Source: Girardia tigrina
Lineage: Eukaryota
NCBI GenBank assembly: GCA_001938485.1
Contig: MQRK01219438.1
Coordinates: 1-54,067 of the forward strand
Reading direction: 5' to 3'
Length of the DNA: 54,067 bases
Under the pieces are notes generated by a model, which saw only the letters and a program-made list of their open reading frames with translations, did no database searches and was not told the DNA's origin. Below are positions 11,521 to 22,800 of the stretch, in pieces (the stretch's first letter is position 1; each line of letters begins with the position of its first letter). The translations under genes were made by a program, and so were the position numbers.

Positions 11521-12337
11521 TGTTGTACGATTTGACAAATGCTGCGAGGTTAAATGTAAAATAGACCAGTTATATAAATGTAGACTGAACACCCTGGATG
11601 TTTGAATAGGGGGTAGAATATGTAGACAGCATGGGTGAGTTAAGATGAGCAGTATAATTTGAAATATTTAAGCAATGACAGACCCGGCAGGACACATCTA
11701 TATGCGAGTATCAGAGAGTCGGTGTGTATGGTAAATGTGTGGTTGTGTTCCTAAACGTCATTACATTCCTAATTAAATGTAATGTGTTCTTTAAGTAATG
11801 TTTATGTAATATGATTAATGAAATGGAGTGTACCAGTAGAGAGTTATTTCGAAAACCAAACAAATAATTAATAATATTTTTAATACAATAATTTTGTGTA
11901 ATAGTTATATATCTTTTTTATATAAGTGTATATCTTTTTATAAGTGTATAAATACTCTGAAAAAAAATTAAAGCAAACTGCGACAAAAACAACAAAAAAT
12001 ACTGAAATTATAAGAAATAACAAATAAAATAAGCGTTAAATAATATAATCAAACAAAATAGTTAATTCAATACAGAAATAATTATGTAGCCTCAATTGTT
12101 GATTAGATGATTCATGTACATTTTTTGAGAATGTTGTACCTGTGATTAACAATTATAAATTCATACAACTATCCTATGTTGATCTCAACCTCAATAAACT
12201 TTATATCTTCAATTATTAACCTGGGTTCGAGCTACGAACAATTAACTTAGATTTTGAAATAATTCGACTCAATTCAGGTCAAATCATTGTAATTTCATTT
12301 ACTAATATTAGTGAACAAAATAACTCAATTATTAACA
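11521..12337 (+). repeat. Candidate solo LTR (TGTT...AACA); homologous partial copy at about 3600-3994
   Basis: Inverted termini, TATAAATA near 11947, AATAAA near 12193, 21-bp identity and flanking similarity to 3655-3995; no TSD found. Confidence 0.45.
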
Positions 12338-12419
12338 GCCAATAAAAACATACCAATCACCAACAGATGGTTTGCACAAATGACATTCAGCGACTGTATC
12401 GAGTAAACCATACATACAG

Positions 12420-13063
12420 GAAAGACCATCAGGAAAGCGATTTAAAAATTTCTCACAGAATTCTTTTCTTCGATCCATATCTTCATCTGACAACTGATTT
12501 ACCGACATGGGCTTATAAGCTTTGACATCCAAGTCCTTTTTCNNNNNNNNNNNNNNNNNNNNNNNNNNNNNNNNNNNNNNNNNNNNNNNNNNNNNNNNNN
12601 NNNNNNNNNNNNNNNNNNNNNNNNNNNNNNNNNNNNNNNNNNNNNNNNNNNNNNNNNNNNNNNNNNNNNNNNNNNNNNNNNNNNNNNNNNNNNNNNNNNN
12701 NNNNNNNNNNNNNNNNNNNNNNNNNNNNNNNNNNNNNNNNNNNNNNNNNNNNNNNNNNNNNNNNNNNNNNNNNNNNNNNNNNNNNNNNNNNNNNNNNNNN
12801 NNNNNNNNNNNNNNNNNNNNNNNNNNNNNNNNNNNNNNNNNNNNNNNNNNNNNNNNNNNNNNNNNNNNNNNNNNNNNNNNNNNNNNNNNNNNNNNNNNNN
12901 NNNNNNNNNNNNNNNNNNNNNNNNNNNNNNNNNNNNNNNNNNNNNNNNNNNNNNNNNNAGTCATAACCTGAAAAAATAACAACATTAGATAATTGAAATC
13001 AATTATATTGAACAGCATTAAAATATTAAAAATAGAGTGTCCTGGGACTTTTCGGCCACCCTG
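12420..13063 (-). mobile_element. Tc1/mariner-superfamily element, 5' end (mostly in an N gap)
   Basis: TA-flanked terminus CAGGGTGGCCGAAAAGTC; transposase piece KKDLDVKAYKPMSVNQLSDEDMDRRKEFCE. Confidence 0.75.
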
Positions 13064-13297
13064 TATATTATATATTAATGTATATTTACATATATTAATA
13101 TACCATATATTAATTTTTGAAAAAACAAATTTGGTGTAAGCCGTTGAATAGTAAGATATGTCGTTGTTTTTGTTCATATATTAAAAGTACTTATTCCGTC
13201 TTTAGAATTTTCGGTTAAACGAACGATTAAACGTTTAATTCTTTAAACGGATTGCGTTTTTAACGTTTACCATTTTTACTAAACGTGCAGACCCCTA

Positions 13298-14390
13298 CCT
13301 TTTTATTACCAGCATGGCACAGTATCTTGTGTGCGTCTTCCATGAATTCTATCCTAGTGGTTCTCGGAATCCAATATTTGTTATCTATTGTTATCACAAT
13401 ATTGTCTTTCAGTATCCATTTCTTTGTTTTTTCCCATTCTAAAATCTTCTCTGATCCGATTTATTTCGTCTTTATCTTTCTGCTATATGAACTCTTTTAA
13501 TTCTTCGTCTAAAGCCAAGATTCGTGTTTTAATCTTTCCTTTCTTAGCTTCTTCGTGCATTGTTTGTCACTGACTACATAATTTACAAGAATTTCTCGAT
13601 ATTGCATCCGCATTCGAGTGTTTTGAACCTTTTCGATATTCCATTCTCATATCTAGATTACTAAGAAAATTTATCCACGTTTGAAATTTCGGTGTTATTG
13701 GATTTTTCGTATTCAGTATAAAGGTAATAGTTTTATGATCCACTCTTAGTAAAAATCTTGCACAGTATAAGAAGTGTTTAAAATTTTGAGAAAAATAATA
13801 AATTGTCAGCAGCTCTTTCCTCGTAACACAATATAGAAGCTCGTGTTTGTTCATTTTATGTGATCCATACGCGATCACTCTATCTTTCATACATGTTCTT
13901 CTGTGCTAAACTGCCCAAATTGTATCAAACTTGCATCTGTATCCAGTATAAACTCCTTCTCAAGATCTGGATACGCCAGTATCGGGGTGTCAATCATTTT
14001 TTCTTTCAATTTTCGAAAAGCTTCCTCGCATTTTTCAATCCATATTATTTTCTTGTCTTTATTCTTACCACACAAATCCTCCAATACTTTTGAGTATTTT
14101 GCGTAATCTTTTAAAAATTTTCTGTAATAATTTGTCAGACCCAAGAAATTTCTCAAATGTTTAATACATGATGAGTTCTGAGATTTTTTATTGGTCTCAA
14201 TCTTTGTTGCTGCTGCTTTAAGCCGCTACTTTCCCGAAAGGCATTCTTTTGAAACAATATTGTCTGTTCTTTGTTGAGAATGCTGTCTTAATCTTTGACT
14301 ATTCTTCCAACTCGACTTGGTAGTACGCGTTTCAAAGATCAATTGCACTAAAATATTGCGCACTATTCAGTATCTTCATCATATCAAGTA
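13298..14390 (-). mobile_element. Gypsy pol remnant (deleted RT, RNase H, start of integrase), same family as 4221-9465
   Basis: FLGLTNYYRKF, PILAYPDLEKEFILDTDAS, VTRKELL, HSNADAISR. Confidence 0.9.
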
Positions 14391-16324
14391 CGTACTTTTG
14401 ATATTATTGGTTTGTGCAAGAAAAATGACAATTAGCTCATCGGAAATTTACTTACGTTAAGCTTGTTTAAATGATGTGTATATTATTGTTATTAAATAAA
14501 ATTTTCAAAAAATGTCTTTATCTGAATTCTCATCAGAATATATTCCCAAACCTAATAATCTACATACCCGGAAGTTATTCTTGTTACGTTCGAGATTCTG
14601 AACTCTCCAATAAACCATCACCTCACATGCCTGGAGTCTTTGAGAAGAGCGTAAGTTGGTTATAGTCTAGCTCGACTATAAACCAGCGGTGTTAAGTAGG
14701 CCCCAGAGATGTGCGAAGTGACAGCTGAAATTAAGAAGTCCATTACCCCTTTTCTGTGCATCAGAAGAACCTTCGGATTGATCGCAAGCTGAAAAATGAA
14801 TTAATTAAAATCAAAATTTCTTGGAGACCCTAAAAACTCACCCTAAAGCGAAAAAGGCTGGAAGATCGAGCACGGTACAGCTTATTCATAATAGACCAGC
14901 CTTGACCTCGAGTAAAACTGAGAAACGTCCGGTGAACCCTCTGGTGGGCCTTTGAAAAAACTAAAATAATAAAACAGAGTTAAATTAATTAATAAAAATA
15001 AATTTAAAACTTGTTAGTCACGATGAAACAACCCGTTCCAGACAGACGAAATTACATAAATAAACATTGACGAAACCTAAGGAACATCACATAAACAGAT
15101 AACAGCGAAATAACGAAAATTACCGAACTACAGCAGTCCCTCACCCATTCCAGCCTGTCGGCAGGCATAAACATCATAAAATACTGATTACGCAGTTGCA
15201 GCAGTGCATCCGCGAGCTATGGATGCCGAACGAACTATACCCTTCCCTCCCGAAATTGAAAAAAACAATAAACACACCGATGATAGTAGAATATGCCGAT
15301 AAGACATTATGTAAACCGGACGCTGGTGTTCACTCGAGACTACGAGCGTTTCGAACATATGTACACATCCGGAGGGTATAGATACCAGAGGATGTTGTAC
15401 ACAAATCGCACACAACATTCTGAAAACTTTATTTATTTATCTCACTCACAAGACGTAAAACTTAGTCCACGACAACTTGAATAGACCGAAAGTTAATTGT
15501 GCTACATTTGGACAAATAATTGAATATTCTATTATACAACTTTAATATCATTTTAAAAAAAAGGGCTATTGTGATATAGGGTAAATTTAGCAATTATGTG
15601 TGTTGTTATTTAATCTTTTATTTTACTTCTTTACTTTGTTTAATATTAATTTTCATTATTTTATTATTAACTAACGCGTATATGTTTTGATTTTATTTTT
15701 TTGTATACACGTGTTTACGCATTGACATCGTTTTAATATTATCGGAAAATTTAATCTTATTTCTCGTTACTTTATTATTAATTGTTTTATTATTATTGTG
15801 CGATTTTGATCTGATTTTATTATTTCATCATACTTGTTTATGAATCGATTTTAATATAAGTATCGATGATATCTCATGTCTCCTTATCATTTTAAAACTA
15901 GTTTCAATTGCCATTATTCCTTTAACAAATAACCGTGTTAATAATTTCCTATTTCATCATTAAAGCTTCAATATTATGGAGAAGTGTATCACGTGTGGAA
16001 ACTTTGATAAAATGAGGTTAACCGAACGGGAGAACCGAAAATGCGGTCAGGGTTCGCTTCTACATCCAAGGGATCGGGTGTGGCGGTCCTTGGGTGTGGT
16101 TGCGTAATCCTGTCGTAGCATTCGTGTATATAGCTGTACATACAATTGATAATGATAATGACGATAGATTATGATGATAATGATAGTGATAATAATGGCG
16201 ACGATAACCCACTGGAGAATACCGTTGATTTACGGCGATACTGATTTTAATTCGAAACTTTGCTCTTCTTCAATTATTCGGTTTTATTTGAAACATTTTA
16301 TCCTGGAAGGTTTTACAGTCATCT

Positions 16325-16611
16325 AATTGATTAACTTAACTCGTTTTGGTTTTACGTAATCACTTTAATTACTTTTAATTATTGTTAACTGTAATATTTT
16401 ATTTTAATGTTAGAATTTATTTTATTGTCTGAACTAATAGAAAACTCTCCTTAAAAATTAAAATTAACTTAAAAAATTGATTAACTTAACTCGTTTTGGT
16501 TTTACGTAATCACTTTAATTACTTTTAATTATTGTTAACTGTAATATTTTATTTTAATGTTAGAATTTATTTTATTGTCTGAACTAATAGAAAACTCTCC
16601 TTAAAAATTAA
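16325..16611. repeat. Tandem duplication, 150-bp period, about 137 bp identical
   Basis: 16325-16461 repeated at 16475-16611. Confidence 0.93.
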
Positions 16612-17991
16612 TCAAATTAAAAATGATCGACGACATGGATTAAAGCAATTACAAAATATTTCAAACTGTGTAACGTATTTAATTATTATCTAGAATCTTG
16701 TAATTAATAAAGGAAATTTAAGATGAAATTCAAAAGCTGTTTACGAGGATGCAGCACTAACTATGATGACAAGTAGGATAATAATTACGAGACTAAATAA
16801 ATAGGAAAATTAGTTGAGATGAGAAGTATGTGATCGGATAATGCGAAACGGTTAACCTGTCGCGACGGTTACAGGTGAACGGTTAAATAGCTGAAGACTT
16901 ATGAAGATATATACTTTAAACCTATCGGAGTTGATCATCGGCATATAAAATAAAATTAATTATCACACATGTATAAAATTATTGAAAGCAACTTTCATAC
17001 TTTTTATTGTTTCCCCTTGTCCCGCTGAAGTCATTTTAACTATTACGAACATCAGTTAAACTATGAACATAAATCACTAAAATATAATTGAGCTAAAATA
17101 TGATGTGTACAATTGAAAAATATTCATTAATCGAATTTTACCTGAGCAATGATCTTAGAGGGTCGGTGCAGGCATCCCATAGAATGCATAGGGGCACGTG
17201 GGCTGACCGCCACTTGTTCCTCGAATGTATCATTGCCCAGTACAATTAAATGAAAATGAATTTGAATAACTGTAAAGTCAAATGATCGACCTCTCCAGAA
17301 GCTCAGTCACTAGTCGGGACATCCTCGTTACTGGTTAAGAACCCGAAGGTGCTCTAATGTTTACACAACTTGTTGATGTAAGCAAAGGAGGTGCGTCTAC
17401 TCCCCAAGTGTAGTAAATGTCTGTGTAGAGAAGTAGTGGGAGTTAGAGTTGCCGTTGAACTCCAAGAAAACGGATGGGGGCTCAGAGTCATCAATAATGT
17501 TGTTTTGAAGGGGAGCACAAAATTCTGCACCAAAAATACTTCAACAAAAATTTCTTGAGTCACAAGTTTAGCTTCATTTTGGCATTTTCTTTCCATTTTT
17601 AAAGGGTAAATTAACATTTAAATACTAGAGGTAATTTTACCTTCCAATCACATTATTAAACATTTACAAAATCAGTCATAAATAGTTCACTATTATCTTA
17701 TCAGCAACAACTTGTAATTTATCATGATTTAAATTTTGAAAGGAAGAGTACTTTAGCGTTAATTTTAAATTCAAGTGCTTGTTTGATTTCATCTTTAGAA
17801 GGGAGACAACGCGACCACTCTCGCTCAATCAAATTTATCGATGACAATAAAACAACAACAAAAAGAAGATATACCTAGTTGGTCGATTAAACAGCTACTT
17901 AATCATTTATTGATGATAGAATTGTACGAATCTTTCTTCGAAATACCAAAATCAAGGGCCCGAAAACGTGGATTTATGCAAGGATTATAAA

Positions 17992-18144
17992 ATGAATTTG
18001 AAAATATGTGACAATCAGTCAATTAGTTGTGCATTCTTGATTGTATTCATTCCGTATATTGCGACGATTGTGGGAAAAAAAGTGGTAATTTGTCCCAAGT
18101 GCAATGTTCAAGTCAGACAGCGTCTTAAAATAGCGATTGAATGA
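17992..18144 (+). pseudogene. Decayed IAP/MDM2-type RING finger C-terminus
   Basis: Switching frame twice gives LKICDNQSISCAFL-DCIHSVYCDDCGKK-VVICPKCNVQVRQRLKIAIE*. Confidence 0.6.
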
Positions 18145-18675
18145 ACAAATTTCTGTCACTGATAATTTAATTATTTCTATCAAGTAAATGAACTTATGTA
18201 GATCGTTAATTTTCGATATCTTGTCGTTTTCAGCGTCATTCAGATATTACTACCTGAGTTTCATTCGCTTTTATCTCTGAATTTAAATATTATAATATTC
18301 AGTAACTCATTTATGGAATATTGTTTATTAATTATCGTTTAGTCCAAGTATAATAAATAAATACAATTAAATAAATGTAAAAAAACTAATAAAATAAAAA
18401 ATTATCACAAAATAATTAATTAAATAAAAAAGATGTTTTGTCAAAATGGCATTTAAAACCAAATTCTTAATTATAAAATACCACTCCTAATGGTTTCATT
18501 TTTCAAGAATATTTCTCGAATGTAAAGGCCGTTTGTGATTGGCCAGTTAATATTGTTATCACAATTGAGCAATTTTTAAAAAAAAATGATTTATAATTTT
18601 TTGGCCAAAAGGTGCAAAAATTTGTTTTATAATAAAAAAGATTGTGAAAAACCATTGTTCCTGAATTTTGATTAG

Positions 18676-19321
18676 ATCGAATACAGAGTTATTTTAACAT
18701 GAGTGAGAACGAAATTAAGGGTCTCTATGAAACATGATCCGACTGTGACAAATAACGAAGGCATCTCTTTATTCTGAATTCGAAAACGTTTCTGAATCCC
18801 GTGCTGGATGCGGAAAGGATAATATTCGACTTTAAAATGTTGCTCGGCAAAAATCTGTCCAAAACTCCAAATGATCAACGTGCGCGTATGATCAGTCGAA
18901 TCGATTCTTCGCGATCTTGATCACCGGGACAGGCCGAGAGGATCGTAGAGCCGGAATATGCGAGACTCGCCGGTCGTGTCGCTGAGGAAGGCGATTGCCG
19001 GCAACTGGCCGCTCGTCGCCAAGCGCACCGATTAGCCGAAGAGCAAAGATGCTATTGGTGACGACAGAAAGAAATATCAGTGATCGATTATGTGAGAGAG
19101 CGCCACGACGAGAGACAGGACTGCTTGATCAACAGTATGGACACTTACGCGAAGGACGGATGATCGATGAGTTGTCTGCCGCCGATTTGAACGATCTGTT
19201 TCCCTTTCGTTTGATTGAGATTCAGTTTTACCCACCACGACCCGCCAAATCCCCATCTTCGCCTTTGCGCAACTACCACGTCAAGCCCGCTCTACAACCG
19301 GTACTAATCCAGATTACATAA
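18676..19321 (+). other. GC-rich coding-like island of unknown identity (probable pseudo-exon)
   Basis: Sharp GC rise; one plus frame is protein-like but interrupted by stops; AATAAA at 19321. Confidence 0.3.
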
Positions 19322-19697
19322 ATAAATTTGTTACTGGGACTGATATTTTTCACCAATATCTACTAAATTCCAGATTATTATTTCTCGGTATTGTTCTTAA
19401 ATCATGTCTTTAAAAATATACCGATATACACAATTATAAAAACCCAGATTATACAAATTTGACTGTTATGTATATTATGACTAATGGAACTAATTGTATC
19501 AAAGAAATATGATACTGAAAGGCAATAAAATCATCTTGCAAATGCACATGTGAAATATTCATCTTGCTAATAATTAACTTAAATACTCCTAATCTATTAA
19601 AATAAAACAATGCAACAAAGTCAAATAGCAAGATTTATTTAGTCAGCTATAAATTATAACATTCTAAAAAAAATTCCTCACATAATAACATTATTCA

Positions 19698-19850
19698 TTA
19701 ATTATTCTTTTCTCTTAATGGTCGGTATTTATGGATCAGATACTCGGATATAACTGATGTTCGGCTACGTATTTTCTGACGAATAACAGTTAATGCCGTT
19801 AAAATATTTCCAGAAGCCAACAGAAAGAAAATTATTGCAACAGCTAATAC
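19698..19850 (-). CDS. TMEM120: TMEM120 exon 10, last coding exon ([50 protein letters not shown])
   Basis: Acceptor tttcag; last TM helix with GN..T motif; TAA at 19700-19698; AATAAA about 60 nt downstream on the minus strand. Confidence 0.92.
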   Translation of the reverse strand, partial: VLAVAIIFFLLASGNILTALTVIRQKIRSRTSVISEYLIHKYRPLREKNN

Positions 19851-22800
19851 CTGAAATTTAAATTTAAATTAAATTAAATCATTATATATACATTGTAATT
19901 AAATGTTAATTACAATTGAAATGTTTTAAACATAAATTCAAACCTGCCACTCCTTTCCCCTGGTATCGACACTAATCTGATAAAGAGTCCAAGCGTTGTA
20001 TAATTGGTAGAAGTATACGAGAAATAAAAGTGGTAATATAAAAGTTAAATGTTTAAACATCCATGACATGAACCCATCTGTGTTTAAATTCATTAAGTAG
20101 GAAGCAAAATCAATCATCTTACCCACGGTTATATCCATTCGATGACGCTCACCTAAAGCTCTCATTTTATAGAGAGAGGCTTTTTGGTAATAATACTGAA
20201 TGAATTGTACCAAACCTGCATATAAATTAGATTAAAAATGCTATTAAAAAGTACATGTAAATATAAATATATCTTAATAGTATATGTTTCTTAGGTTTAA
20301 TTTGCCCTTCCGAGACTGTAATTATTTTCATGATCAAGTCACGATAACATTAGGTAATAAAAATGATAGTAGTGAAGGTCCAACAATTAAAGAAAATTCT
20401 CAGCTACCGACAACATTACTGAATTCTATTTCACATATGTAATGAGAACTTATATTAATTCCCTTTCACTCTTTCTTCGCAGATTACGCTTCATTAGAAT
20501 TTCCAATTATTGATATCAGACAATTTTATTATGTTTATGGTGGAGTAATACAACACAATTTCCGATTCAGTTGAAAAATCGGATAACTACGCTCTTTCCA
20601 CTAGCGGTTCTCGATTGTTCGAAAGTTCGATATTAATTTCAACATAAATATCAAAATAATCAGAAGTGGGTAAGTTCCAAATTTGTATATTATTACTGCT
20701 TAAACAAAAGAGAAAAATGCAAATATAAAAATAGTTGTTTGATGTGTATCATAAAAACACTTTAATTCGTGAGTTAGCTTAACATAAAATCGATAGTTCA
20801 AGTTGAAAATGTACAAAATAATAAAGACTAAATAAATAAAACAGTATAGTTACTCATTCCACCATTGTCTACTATAAGAAACTGTTGTAAGCTATACATT
20901 CCATTCTTACTCTAAAGAATTCGCTGAGCAGAAGGGATTAAGAAGACATGTAAAGAATTCACATCTTGACACAGCGACTCAGTGTCAGCGGGGTGTTGGT
21001 TTTTATCGATGCCCCAAAGAGAACTGTCACATATGATATAAAACTAATGGATGGTTGCAGAAGTATACGTTTATGGGTACGAATAAACGCAGTAAATAAA
21101 TGATTCCAGAAGATAAATTAAATTAGTGATAATTTAAAAGATATGAATTAATTTAGAATATAAATAAACTAAACCTTGTTTTTTGACATCACTGCTGTCA
21201 TTTCTATTTGAGTGGTGTTTTATGTTTTAAGCCACAGTTTGTGACTAATTTGTAACGCAAATCCTTCATAGCAACCCGGATGTTTTGTGTACTACTCTTT
21301 TTTTGAAATATTGAATGAATTGATAGATTGTAATGTCCTTTAGATCATTCCACTTTTTCTTAAACAACTCGAACTCTTTGTCGAATATCTATTTAGATTC
21401 GGATAGTTGTATAATAGAGATATCCTGATGCAATCGAGCTTTGTTGCCTTTGTCGATGGCTTTGAATGGTGATTTTGATTGTGAGTCTGATCCCTCGCAC
21501 GCTTTTTTTCATGTAGAGCCAACATATTACTCTTTTTAAGGGAATTTTTATCAAATGCTGACTTGAATCCAATGGTCGTTGCGCCTTCGGCATCTGCTAT
21601 TAAATGTGTCATGTCCATAATAAAAGTTTTCAAATTCTTTGACACATGTCTTAATTGACTTGAATATGATTTCGAAATTTTGGCTGCGTTCATTTGTGCA
21701 AATTGATATGCCAAACGGATGAAAGTTCTTTTACCCTGTTGCTTCAACCATTAACACAGGATATCCTTGATAAATCAGTTTGCATGTTGTATCGGTACAA
21801 AGGTGTTTCGATTTTTGGCATTATAAAGAAAATCGTTTAGTTGTTATCCAGATATTTAATTGGGGTTTCCTTTTACTAGTTGATGGGTTCACTTCACTGC
21901 CACATTGATGCCTTGCGTAAATATGATCTAAATATTGATTGTCTGGGATTTGGGTTCTCGCATTCGTCTAATTCTGCTAAATTAATGCAGGTTTGGGATC
22001 CATTTTTTCTTGATTTTCTGGATGAAATAGCATATTTAAATAATATTAGGTAGCTATCGATTAGGGAATTTGTTTTCCAGTTTTTCTTTAATTTGAGATG
22101 GCTTTTGAAAGTTTACAAATATGACCTCAATCGCTTCTTTTATCTCATCCAGTATTCCACGATATTTTAGCTTCACATGCGTGTTGTGTTCTGTCTCTGA
22201 TCGAAACATGTCTTCTTTGTCGTGGTGATAAATCATAAAAATTATAGAAAGACATCCACAAGAAGCTTTGAATTCACATTTGTAGACTTGCTTCATTCTT
22301 TAGTTTGGCAGTCCCGTAGATTTGATTCACCCATAAATTTTCTTGCATGGTATAGTCTTCATCACTAAATGTTTGTATTTTTCCAACGCTTATTGTTAGA
22401 CATTGCTCTATTTTTATCTACTTGCAGAAATGTTGTTAGCTGATTTTGGATTTCGATGAATTCTTCTTTACTGGAATAATCACTTTAGTCATCTGAATCT
22501 TCATCATCTAGGTTCCTGGCTACTTCTTTATTGCTTTGATTTGTTTTTTCTTGGTCCGGTAATTTGAATTTTTTTAAATTCATGGCTTTTTGATTAAAAT
22601 TCTATTTAAAAATAGTAGTAATACAATTTATTTTACCTTTTTAGTAAAATTTTTACCTTTATTAATTTTAAATTTAAATCAAAAACATTTCAAACATTAA
22701 AATGTATCTGCTGGTTTCACTTATTTATCTGCTGATATCGTTCAAAAAATTATCTTTTAATTTATTTCATTTATATTCTAGAATATTTTTTGATCTTCTA

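Larger units (their letters stand above)
9741..13297. mobile_element. Putative non-autonomous hAT-like shell carrying nested elements
   Basis: Imperfect TIRs GTCGGCACGTTTA (9741) and TAAACGTGCAGAC-CCCTA (13280-13297), 12/13 match; clustered AAACG/CGTTT subterminal motifs at both ends; no TSD recovered. Confidence 0.5.

Noticed and set aside
12332-13177. 281-aa ORF
   Set aside because: Mostly N gap; only a short transposase piece is real.
18699-19306. Selenoprotein or TGA-recoding interpretation of the in-frame TGAs
   Set aside because: A TAA is also in frame, no SECIS was recognised, and decay or the wrong frame explains it more simply.
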